Source: Squalus acanthias (Eukaryota). From it: a stretch of DNA of 64,000 nucleotides. The notes under the pieces were generated by a model that saw nothing but the letters and a program-made list of their open reading frames with translations, ran no database searches and had not been told where the DNA came from. Every line of letters starts with the position of its first letter. Positions within the stretch are counted from its first letter, which is position 1. The position numbers and the translations under genes were made by a program. The DNA lies in assembly GCA_030390025.1 (NCBI GenBank), contig CM059432.1, positions 4,154,001-4,218,000 on the forward strand, given 5' to 3'. Of this stretch, positions 1-9,970 are shown piece after piece.

Positions 1-738
1 CCGCAGATCCGAGGCTGAATGCCCCTGGCTGCTGAAGTGTTCCCCGACTGGGAGGCAACCCTCCTGCCTGGCGATTGTTGCGCGGTGTCCGTTCATACGT
101 TGTCTCAGTGTCTGCATGGTCTCGCCGATGTACCATGCTCTGGAGCATCCTTTACTGCAACGTATCAGGTAGACAACGTTGGCCGAGTCACATGAGTATG
201 TACCGTGTACCTGGTGGGTAGTGTCCTCACGTGTAATGATGGTATCTGTGTCCATGATTTGGCATGTCTTGCAGAGGTTGCCGTGGCAGGGTTGTGTGGT
301 GTCTTGGTTGCTGTTCTCCTGAAAGATGGGTAATCTGCTGCGAACGATGGTACTTTTGAGGTTAGGCGGCTGCTTGAAGGCGAGTAGTGGAGGCGTGGGG
401 ATGGCCTTAGCAAGGTGTTCGTCGTCATCGATGACATGTTGAAGGCTGCGAAGAACATGGCGTAGTTCTTCCGCTCCAGGGAAGTACTGGACGACGTAGG
501 GTACTCTGTTGGTTGTGTCCCGTGTTCGTCTTCTGAGGAGGTCTATGCGGTTTTTCGCTGTGGCCCGTCGGAACTGTCGATCGACGAGTCGAGCGTCATA
601 TCCCGTTCTTACGAGGGCGTCTTTCAGTGTCCGTAGGTGTCCATCGCGTTCCTCCTCGTCTGAGCAGATCCTGTGTATTCGCAGGGCTTGTCCATAGGGG
701 ATGGCTTCTTTAACATGGTTAGGGTGGAAGCTGGAGAA
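1..738 (-). mobile_element. Penelope-like element fragment (RT C-terminus, linker, GIY-YIG endonuclease)
   Basis: Minus strand reads ...PLLAFKQPPNLKSTIVRS...PCHGNLCKTC...YSCDSANVVYLIRCSKGCSRAWYIGETMQTLRQRMNGH...PVGEHF, the Penelope Cys-rich linker plus GIY-YIG motifs; runs off the window edge. Confidence 0.88.
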
Positions 739-779
739 CGGCCGAATTTTTGGCCCATTAGCTCTAAATCAGTATTGGT

Positions 780-1800
780 TAGATCCTACATGGAATTACA
801 TATAATGTAAAGCACAGAAACAGGCCATTCAAGCCAACAGGTCCATGCCGATGTTTATGCTCCACACGAGCCTCCTCCCACCCTTCTTCATCTAGTGTCA
901 GCTGTGACTCAGTGGGCAGCACTCTCACCTCTGAGTCAGAAGGTTGTGGGTTCAAGTCCCACTCCAGGGACTTGAGCACATAAAGCGAGGCTGACACTCC
1001 ATTGCAGTACTGAGGGAGTGCTGCACTGTCGGAGGTGCCGTCTTTCGGATGAGATGTTAAACCGAGGCCCCGTCTGCTCCCTCAGGTGGACGTAAAAGAT
1101 CTTATGGCATTATTTCGAAGAAGAGCAGGGGAGTTATGTCCTGGGGCCAATATTAATCCCTAAACCAACATAACAAAAACAGATTATCTGGTCATTATCA
1201 CATTGCTGTTTGTGGGAGCTTGCTGTGCGCAAATTGGCTGCCGTGTTTCCCTCATTACAACAGTGACTACACTTCAAAAAAATACTTCATTGGCTGTAAA
1301 GCGCTTTGAGACGAATGGTGGTCGTGAAAGGCGCTGTAGAAATGCAATTTTTTTTTAACCCCATCAACATAACCTCTATTCCTTTCTCCCCCCTGTGTTT
1401 GTCTAGCCTCCCCTTAAATGCATCTGTGCCATTCACCTCAACCACCCCCTGTGGTAGCGAGTTCCACATTCTCACCACTCTCTGGGTAAAGAAGTTTCTC
1501 CTGAATTCCCTATTGGATTTATTGGTGACTGTCTTATATTGATGGCCCCGAGGTTTTGGTCTCCTCGCAAGTGGAAACATCTCTCTACGTCTACCCCATC
1601 GAACCCCTTCATAATTTTAAAGACCTCTATCGGGTCACCCCTCAGCCTTCTCTTTTCTAGAGAAAAGAGCCCCAAAGCCCGTTCAGTCTTTCCTGATGGT
1701 TATAACCTCTCAGTTCTGGTATCATCCTTGTAAATCTTATTTGCCCCGTCCTCCGGTGCCTCTATATCCGTTTTTGTAATAAGGAGACCAGAACTGTGCA
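780..1800 (-). mobile_element. CR1 LINE 3' fragment, split by a SINE at 895-1356
   Basis: LFSLEKRRLRGD and FFTQRVVRMWNSLP motifs; the 3' UTR reads continuously across the SINE (cttcatcta|accccatca). Confidence 0.85.
895..1356 (+). mobile_element. tRNA-derived Deu-domain SINE (SacSINE1/DeuSINE-like)
   Basis: Pol III A box (gactcagtggg) and B box (ggttcaagtcc); central gtcggaggtgccgtctttcggatgag core; tail aaagcgctttgagacg...gaaatgcaa. Family name is from recall. Confidence 0.85.
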
Positions 1801-2085
1801 CATCTGTGAAATGAATAGGTGTTGATTACACTTTGATTTCCATTCATTGCCACAGATGCCTGTCTTTGTAGTGATGTTGCGCATTTACAGGTACGCTATG
1901 CACCCTCTTTACAGGGATGGTCGCGAATCTGTATTGATTGAAATAACAACAAATTAAGTGAAGCTGTGCTTTGTCTTTGAGTGCAGCTTTTACGCTAAAT
2001 TGGATTTTGCTAATGAGTTGCGGATGGAACTGAAGTTGGCAGCAGGTAAAGTACATCGGACTAGAATATGCTAATGAGCCTAATT

Positions 2086-2351
2086 AGAACCAGAGGCGAC
2101 GTGAGGAAAATATTTTTTACGCAGCGAGTGGTTAGGATTTGGAATACGCTGCCTGATAGGGAGGTGGATACAGAGTCAATAGTAGCCTTCAAAAAGAAAT
2201 TGGATAAATACTGGAAGGTGAAAAATTTGCAGGGATATGGGGAAAGAGCGGGGAGGTGGAGGGGGGAGTGGGACTAACTGGATTGCTCTTTGAAAGAGCC
2301 AGCACAGACTCGATGGGCCGAACAGCCTCATTCTGTGGCTGTGCTATTCTA
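2086..2351 (+). mobile_element. CR1 LINE 3' end
   Basis: FFTQRVVRIWNTLP...GYGERAG..WD plus CR1 3' UTR. Confidence 0.8.
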
Positions 2352-2822
2352 TGTCAGCCGTGGCTCAGTGGGTAGCACTCTCACCTCTGAGTCAGAAGGT
2401 TGTGGGTTCAAGTTCCACGCCATAGAACTTGAGCACATAAATCTAGGCTGACACTCCAATGCAGTGCTGAGGGAGTGCCGCACTGTCGGAGGGGCCGTCT
2501 TTCGGATGAGAAGTTAAAACCGAGGCCCCGTCTGCCCTCTCAGGTGGACGTAAAAGATCCCATGGCACTATTTTGAAGAAGAGCAGGGGGAGTTCTCCCC
2601 AGTGTCCTGGGGACAATATTTATCCCTCAACCAACATCACATAAGCAGATTATCTGGTCATTATCACATTGCTGTTTGTGGGAGCTTGCTTTGCACAAAT
2701 TGGCTGCCACGTTTCCCACATTACAACAGTGACTACACTCCAAAAAGTACTTAATTGGCTGTAAAGCACTTTGAGACGTCCGGTGGTCGTGAAAAACGCC
2801 ATATAAATGCAAGTCTTTTTTT
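2352..2822 (+). mobile_element. Deu-domain tRNA-SINE, full length
   Basis: Same A/B boxes, core and tail as 895-1356; sits in a CR1 ttctatga tail. Confidence 0.88.
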
Positions 2823-2853
2823 TATGATTCTACGAGCAAGGTCTGCAGAAGTC

Positions 2854-3910
2854 AGGTTGATGGGTGTTTTTGTGACTGGAAGGCTGTTTCCAGTGGGGTT
2901 CCACAGGGCTCAGTACTAGGTCCCTTGCTTTTTGTGGTATATATCAACGATCTTGACTTGAATATATAGGGTATGATTAAGAAGTTTGCAGATGATACTA
3001 AAATTGGCTGTGTGGTTGATACTGAAGAAGGAAGCTGTAGACTGCAGGAAGATATCAATAAATTGGTCAGGTGGGCAGAACAGTGGCAAATGGAATTCAA
3101 TCCGGAGAAGTGTGAGGTAATGCATTTGGGGAGGGCTAACAAGGAAAGGGAATACACATTAAATGGTCGGACACTGAGTAGTGTAGAGGAACAAAGGGAC
3201 CTTGGAGTGCATGTCCACAGATCCCTGAAGGCAGCAGGCCAGGTAGATAAGGTGGTTAAGAAGGCATACGGAATGCTTGCCTTTATTAGCCGTGGCATAG
3301 AATACAAGAGCAGGGGGGTTATGCTTCAACTGTATAAAACACAAGTTAGGCCTCAGCTAGAGTACTGCGTGCAGTTCTGGTCACCACATTACAGGAAAGA
3401 CGTGATTGCACTGGAGAGGGTGCAGAGGAGATTTACAAGGATGTTGCCGGGAGTAGAGAATCTTAGCTATGAGGAAAGACTGGATAGGCTGGGTCTGTTT
3501 TCCATGGAACAAAGGAGGCTGAGGGGAGACCTTATTGAGGTGTATAAAATTATGAGGGGCAGAGATAAAGTGGATAGAAAGGAGCTATTTCCCTTAGCAG
3601 AAGGGTCAAAAACCAGGGGGCACAGATTTAAAGTAATTGGGGGAAGGTTTAGAGGGGATTTGAGGGGAAATTTCTTCACCCAGAGGGTGGTGGGGGTCTG
3701 GAACTCACTGCCTGAAAGGGTGGTAGAGGCAGGAACCCTAACCACATTTAAAAAGTACTTGGATGTGCACTTGGGATGCTGTAACCTGCAGGGCTACGGA
3801 CCAAGAGCTGAGAAGTGGGATTAGGCTGGATAGCTCTTTGTTGGCCGGCGCGGACACGATGGGCCGAAATGGCCTCCTTCCGTGCTGTAACTTTCTATGA
3901 TTCTATGATT
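2854..3910 (+). mobile_element. CR1 LINE, 5'-truncated; RT C-terminal frame open
   Basis: GVPQGSVLGPLLF and KFADDTK RT motifs, 283-aa ORF 2973-3824, (TTCTATGA)n tail. Confidence 0.93.
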
Positions 3911-4616
3911 CAATAATTGCCGAAGTATAAGGAGGTAAGTAAATATAAAAGAGTGGACGCCCTGTAGCGATTTACAAGGAGATATGATCAGGGCCACTGC
4001 TGTGCAGTGACTGAGTATGTCTTATTCTGTTTTTATTATGTGGGATTTTTGCCAGCGTCTTTGCAATCAAATTCCGTGTTTGAATCCATTTTTCTGGGAA
4101 AATGTCCATCCAGCCTTGAAATCAATACCTAATAAGTGTTTTTCTTTTAATGGTTTGCACTGTTTGAGTTTTCCGTGGGTGTATGAGTGCGTGTGTCTGT
4201 GCATGTTTATAAGCGCGCGTGTGTTTTTCAGGGAGGGTTTGCTGTGTTTTTGATCTGTTTTTAATGCTGGCAGCAGATATCACTCTGGACGCCAACTTTC
4301 AAAGCGCTTCATGATGTGCAAGTATCACCACTGCGGATCCTGTACACCTGATCACCTGAAGGCAATTTGAAGACAACCTCCAAACAAGCGCATTTGCTCA
4401 ATACTCGCATTTGAAAGTTGGGGGTTTGGCCAACTTCATGGGTGGAGGTGCGTTGGGGCGGAGGGATCGATAGGTGGGTGTAAAAAAATCGAGAAGTTTT
4501 GTGCATAAAATACTTATTGTACGAAGGGTTTTGATAGTGTAGATACGGAGAAACTGTTTCCACTGGCAGCAGGGTTGATAACCAGAGGACTCAGATTTAA
4601 GATAATTGGCAAAAGG

Positions 4617-5795
4617 TCCTGCCACATCCAGTCGTGAATGGTGGTGGACCATTAAACAACAAATGGGAGGAGGAGGCTCCATGAATATCCCCAGCCTCAA
4701 TGATGGTGGAGCCTAGCACGTGAGTGCAAAAGACAAGGCTGAAGCGTTTGCAACCATCTTCAGCCAGAAGTGCTGAGTGAATGGTTCATATCGGCCTTCT
4801 CCTGAGGTCCCCACCATCACAGAAGCCAGTCTTCAGCCAATTCGATTCACTCCACGTGATATCAAGAAACGGCTGAGCGCACTGGATACAGCAAAGGCTA
4901 TGGGCCCCGACAACATCCTGGCTGTAGTGCTGAAGACTTGTGCTCCAGAATTAGCCGCGCCTTTAGCCAAGCTGTTCCAGTACAGCTACAACACTGGCAT
5001 CTATCCGACAATGTGGAAAACTGCCCAGGTATGTCTTGTCCACAAAAAGCAGGACAAATCCAATCTGGCCAAGTACCACCCCATCAGTCTACTCTCAATC
5101 ATCAGCAAAGTGATGGAAGGTGTCGTCGACAGTGCGGCACTTACTCACCAATAACCTGCTCACTGATGCCCAGTTTGGGTTCCGCCAGGACCACTCGGCT
5201 CCAGACCTCATTACAGCCTTGGTCAAAACATGGTCAAAAGGGTTGAATTCCAGAGGTGAGGTGAGAGTGACAGCCCTTGACATCAAGGCAGCATTTGACT
5301 GAGTGTGGCACCAAGGAGTCCTAGTAAAATTGAAGTCAATGGGAATCAGGGAAAAAATATCCACTGGCTAGAGTCATACCTAACACAAAGGAAGATGGTT
5401 GTGGTTGTTGGGAGTCAATCCTCTCAGCCCCCGGACATCACTGCAGGTGCTCCTCAGGGCTGTGTCCTAGGCTTAATCAATGACCTTCCCTCCATCATAA
5501 GGTCAGAAGTGGGGATGATCGCTGATGATTGCACAGTGTTCAGTTCCAGTCGCAACTCCTCAGATAATGAAGTAGTCCATACCGCCTGCATCCAGACATG
5601 GATGACATTCAGGCTTGGGCTGATAAGTGGCAAGTAACATTCATACCACACAAGTGCCAAGGCAATGACCATCTCCAACAAGAGAAAGTCTAAGCATCGC
5701 CCCTTGACATTCAACGGCATTACCATTGTCGAATCCCCCAACATCACCATCCTGGGGTGTCACCATTAACCAGAAACTTAACTGGACCAGCCACA
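4617..5795 (+). mobile_element. Decayed non-LTR RT fragment of a second CR1/L2-group family
   Basis: KAMGPDNI..VVLKTCAPELAAPLAKLFQ, PISLLSIISKVME, QFGFRQ, ALDIKAAFD, ADDCT motifs with stops and frameshifts; preceded by a short CR1 piece at ~4480-4616. Confidence 0.85.
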
Positions 5796-5796
5796 T

Positions 5797-6650
5797 AGGC
5801 TTATGGAGGGAGTCAGAGCACGTAGGAAGGACCTCTTCCTTTCCGATGGGCGGAAGAGACCTCCCCATGAGACCAAAACAGCCTGGTTGCAGATTGCATA
5901 GGAGGTCACCAGCAGGGATGTGGTCAGGAGGACCTGGGTGCAATTCCGCAAATGTTTCAATGATCTCATTAGATAAGGAAATGTTAGTACAAAGCCACAC
6001 TCAACCTCATCCTGCTGTGCCTCTCATCACATCCCCATCACTCTGCCTTCCCTACCCTGCTCCTGCACATCCTTACTCACACCAACTTACCTTGCACCTC
6101 CACCCATCCCTCTCTATCTACATTATCACATCCCCATCTCACTAGCCACCCCTCACACTCACCCTCATCCTAGTACAATCATACCAACTAACAACACACA
6201 AGGGTAGGCACTTGGGTATTTTATCCAATGTTCATGTAAAGTTTCTGTTAATGTGGTTTCAAACATAAAATCTTTATTTTCAACACTTTGCGTTCATGGA
6301 CAGATTTGTGTGCATCTTTGGAAGTGTCTTAGTGAGTTGCAGTGAATGGTGAGACATAACGGTACCCCCCACAATGGTGATGAGTGTGAAAGGAATGACT
6401 TGGGCATTTTAGGGATGCTTTATGGTGTTGGTGTGGGGTGGTGCCAACCTGGTGCATCATGTGGCAGCCAGGGTGTACAGCACCAAGTGAAGTAAATCTG
6501 GCCATGGTGAGGCCATCCCTGGCCTCCTGGGCAGCAATGTGGTCGGGTGATGATGCCCTCTGTCCTGTGCAGCATCAGGTGATTGCGGAGAAGGTTGGTG
6601 TTGTTGTTGGTGCTGCTGGTGTGCCTGGTGCTGCTGGTGTGCTTCCCGAG
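5797..6650 (+). mobile_element. Internal fragment of non-autonomous Harbinger (family C)
   Basis: Near-identical to 58660-59460; Myb-like remnant (AWLQIA.EVTSRDVVRRTWVQ.RK.FND). Confidence 0.8.
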
Positions 6651-6732
6651 CAGCGTGGTTCCCGTGGCTATGCATTTAAATTAAAAAAGTAAGTGTAAAC
6701 AGCCCTGTTAAGGGACTGACGACTAGCCGTTA

Positions 6733-7098
6733 ATCATAGAAACATAGAAGATAGGAGCAGGAGTAGGCCATTTGGCCCCTCTAGCCTGCTCCGCCATTCA
6801 ATGCGATCATGGCTGATCATCCAAATTCAGTACCCTGTCCCTGCCTTCTCCCCATATCCCTTGATCCCTTTAGCCTTAAGAAATATATCCAACTCCTTCT
6901 TGAATATATTTAATGAATTGGCCTCAACTGCCTTCTGTGGTAGAGAATTCCACAGGTTCACCACTCTCTGGGTGAAGAAATTCCTCCTCATCTCTGTCCT
7001 AAATGGCTTACCCCTTATCCTTAGACTGTAAGCCCTGGTTCTGGACTCCCCCGCCATCGGGAACATCCTTCCTGCATCTAGTCTGTCCAGACCTGTCA
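6733..7098 (-). mobile_element. CR1 LINE 3' end
   Basis: GLDRLDAGRMFP...FFTQRVVNLWNSLPQ; same subfamily as 37572-38030. Confidence 0.85.
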
Positions 7099-7099
7099 T

Positions 7100-7260
7100 C
7101 TCAATTGGGTCGCCCGCTGCTGCCAGTCGGGCCGGCTCCGCGGTGACAGACGCGCCTGGGGGAGAGGCACGTAGGGTTCCCAACCCGCTGTCAAATATAA
7201 CAACTTTCGTACCTGACCCGCCACCGATCGCGCCCGCTACCACCCGGGAAAGCTCCGTCC
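7100..7260. mobile_element. Harbinger family C terminal fragment
   Basis: gacccgccaccgatcgcgcccgct...gaaagctccgtcc matches the terminus at 60008-60054. Confidence 0.65.
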
Positions 7261-7368
7261 GTTAACTCTGTTTCTCTCTCCACAGATGCTGCCTGACCGG
7301 CTGAGTATTTCCAGCATTTTCTGTTTCTATTGCAGATTTCCAGAAACCCCGCAGTAATTTGCTTTTGC
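7261..7368 (+). mobile_element. Penelope-associated terminal repeat fragment (hammerhead cut off at GTT)
   Basis: gttaactctgtttctctctccacagatgctgcctgacc..gctgagtatttccagcatttt matches 41132-41203. Confidence 0.75.
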
Positions 7369-7740
7369 ATTAATGTTCAGAAGTCATAAAACTTGAATCG
7401 GAACATTACTCCCATTAAGGGCTCAAACAAATGACAGCCAAAAACTTTCCCCGGCGACTGAACCTTCCGTTTTGCTTTGGGATTTGGAGCACTCAGTCCC
7501 CAATCAAGAAGTAGCTTCGGAAAGCCAAGGCAAAGGCAGTTGGACTGAAAGCCAAACAAGGCCTTGGTATATCAGGGAAGAATGCTGCCAACAGCACAGC
7601 AAAGCCTTCCTGTAGTATATCAGCTCAGCTGGAGAAGGTCACATCTCACTTACCTAAGTCCACAGTGCTTCGACGTAGGCTTGGCAAGAGACATGGCTTA
7701 GGGAGCCCCAAGTGTGCACAGGAGCACTGCTGGATCTTAA

Positions 7741-8270
7741 ACCAACAACAATGACGACTTGCATTTAAATACCACCTTCAACGTAGTAAAACTGTCCAAG
7801 GCGCTTCACAGGAGCGATTAACGAACAAAATTTGACACTGAGCCTCGTAAGAGTTATTAGGACAGGTGACCAAAGGCTTGGTCAAAGAGATGGATTTTAA
7901 GGAGCATCTTAATGATGGGAGAGAGGTAGAAAGGCGGAGAGGTTTTAGGGATGGAATTCCAGAGCGGAGGGCCTAGCGAGCTGAAGGCACGACCGCCAAT
8001 GGTGGAGCGATGAAAATCGGGGATGTGCGAGAGGCCAGAATTGGAGGAGCGCGGAGATCTCGGAGGGTTGTGGGGCTGGAGCAGGTTACAGAGATAGGGG
8101 GGGGGGGCGAGGCCATGGAGGGGTTTGAAATCAAGGATTAGAATTTAATAATCGAGGCGTTGCCGGACCGGAAGCCAATGTAGGTCAGCGAGCAGCGACT
8201 GATGGCTAAACAGAACATGGCGAGTTAGGATACGGGCGGCGGAGCTTTGGATGAGCTCAAGTTCATGGAG
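7741..8270 (-). mobile_element. L2 LINE 3' end
   Basis: LELIQSSAARILTR...LADLHWLPVRQRLDY is a typical L2 C-terminus; shared with 25383-25782. Confidence 0.82.
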
Positions 8271-8566
8271 GGTGCAGAAGGAGGCCAATCGGCCCAGCGT
8301 GGCAGTGCGGGCTCTTTGAAAGAGCTGCCCAATAGGTCCCACAATTCCCATCACGCTTCTGGTGCGCGGCACGATTTGAAAAGAAATCTTTTGTCCATAG
8401 AATTATGAATTTTAGTGGAACTGCTCTTTGTTGATCTCCAATAGATGCTCGGGTGGTGGATGGGGGGGGGTGGGGGCACGGGGGGCCTTTTGGCTGCTGT
8501 GTTTTTGGACAGGGGGACAGAGGACCCTGCAGGTCTTTCAGGGCGAGATACTAAGCCTGCCGCAGC

Positions 8567-9388
8567 AACATTTGGCAGATGGAGTATAATGTGGGAAAGT
8601 GCGAGGTTATCCACTTTGGCAGGAAAAATAAAAAAGCAAATTATTATTTAAATGGAGAGAGATTACAAAATGCTACAGTTCAGAGGGACCTGGGGGTCCT
8701 TGTGCATGAAACACAAAAAGTTAGCATGCAGGTACAGCAAGTAATCAAAAAGGCAAATGGAATGTTGGCCTTTATTGCAAGGGGGTTGGAGTATAAAAGC
8801 AGGGAAGTCCTGCTACAACTGTACAGGGTATTGGTGAGGCCACACCTGGAGTACTGCGTACAGTTTTGGCCTCCTTATTTAAGGAAGGATATACTTGCAT
8901 TGGAGGCAGTTCAGAGACGATTCACTAGGTTGATTCCTGAGATGAAGGGGTTGACTTATGAAGAAAGGTTGAGCAGGTTGGGCCTATACTCATTGGAATT
9001 TAGAAGAATGAGAGGTGATAAGATACTGAGGGGGCTCGACAAGGTAGATGCAGAGAGGATGTTTCCCCTCGTGGGGAAATCTAGAACTCGGGGGCATAGT
9101 TTCAGAATAAAGGGTCGCCCTTTTAGAACTGAGATGAGGAGGAATTTCTTCTCTCAGAGGGTCGTAAATATGTGGAATTCTCTGCCCCAGAGAGCCATGG
9201 AGGCTGGGTCATTAAATACAGTTAAGGTGGAGATAGACAGATTTTTGCACGATAAGGGAGTAAAGGGTTATAGGGAGCGGGCAGGGAAGTGGCTTTGAGC
9301 CCAAGATCAGCCATGATCTTATTGAATGGCGGAGCAGGCTCGAGGGGCCAAGTGGCCTATTCCTGCTCCTATTTCTTATGTTCTTATG
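8567..9388 (+). mobile_element. CR1 LINE, 5'-truncated
   Basis: 239-aa RT C-terminal ORF 8579-9298 and ttcttatg tail; same subfamily as the long CR1 at 34925-39623. Confidence 0.9.
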
Positions 9389-9516
9389 TAACTCGATTTG
9401 CAAACCCTGACTCAGGGTGCAGGTCTCTACCCAGAGGACAGGCCGACACCGAGGACATTTTGGGCCTAAACCCAAAATCCAAGCTGCCTAGACTGGTCGG
9501 AAGGGGCTCCAGATCA

Positions 9517-9960
9517 TGAGTCAGGAGTGTGATGGAACACTCTCCACTTGCCTGGATGAGTGCAGCTCCAACAACACTCAAGAAGCTCAACACCATCCAG
9601 GACAAAGCAGCCCGCTTGATTGGCACCCCATCCACCACCTTAAACATTCACTCCCTCCACCACCGGTGCACCGTGGCTGCAGTGTGTACCCTCTACAAGA
9701 TGCACTGCAGCAACTCACCAAGGCTTCTTCGGCAGCACCTCTCAAACCCGTGACCTCTTCCACCTAGAAGGACAAGGGCAGCAGGCGCATGGGAACACCA
9801 CCACCTCCAAGTTCCCCTCCAAGTCGCACTTGGAAGTATATCGGCCGATCCTTCATCGTCGCTGGGTCAAAATCCTGGAACTCCCTCCCTAGCAGCACTG
9901 TGGGAGTACCTTCACCACACGGACTGCAACGGTTCAAGAAGGCAGCTCACCACCACCTTC
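9517..9960 (+). mobile_element. 3' part of second-family LINE; tail resumes at ~14945-15010
   Basis: EHSPLAWMSAAPTTLKKL.TIQDKAARLI; caccaccttc at 9960 continues as tcaagggcaattagggatgg at 14946, as seen intact at 24981-25020. Confidence 0.82.
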
Positions 9961-9970
9961 TAGAGTCTTA

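Noticed and set aside
895..975. tRNA genes at SINE heads
   Set aside because: A/B boxes run straight into the SINE body in every copy, with no discrete cloverleaf plus terminator.
2852..3745. Minus-strand ORFs here and similar ones (34607-34849, 38546-39169, 53272-54078)
   Set aside because: Antisense shadows of LINE or transposase coding sequence.
4309..4563. Possible host exon in unique sequence
   Set aside because: The ORF begins in a CR1 fragment; no recognisable domain or convincing splice pair.
6457..6675. Poly-Q/H ORFs (also 17386-17628, 59305-59520)
   Set aside because: Low-complexity remnants inside family C Harbinger copies, not host genes.
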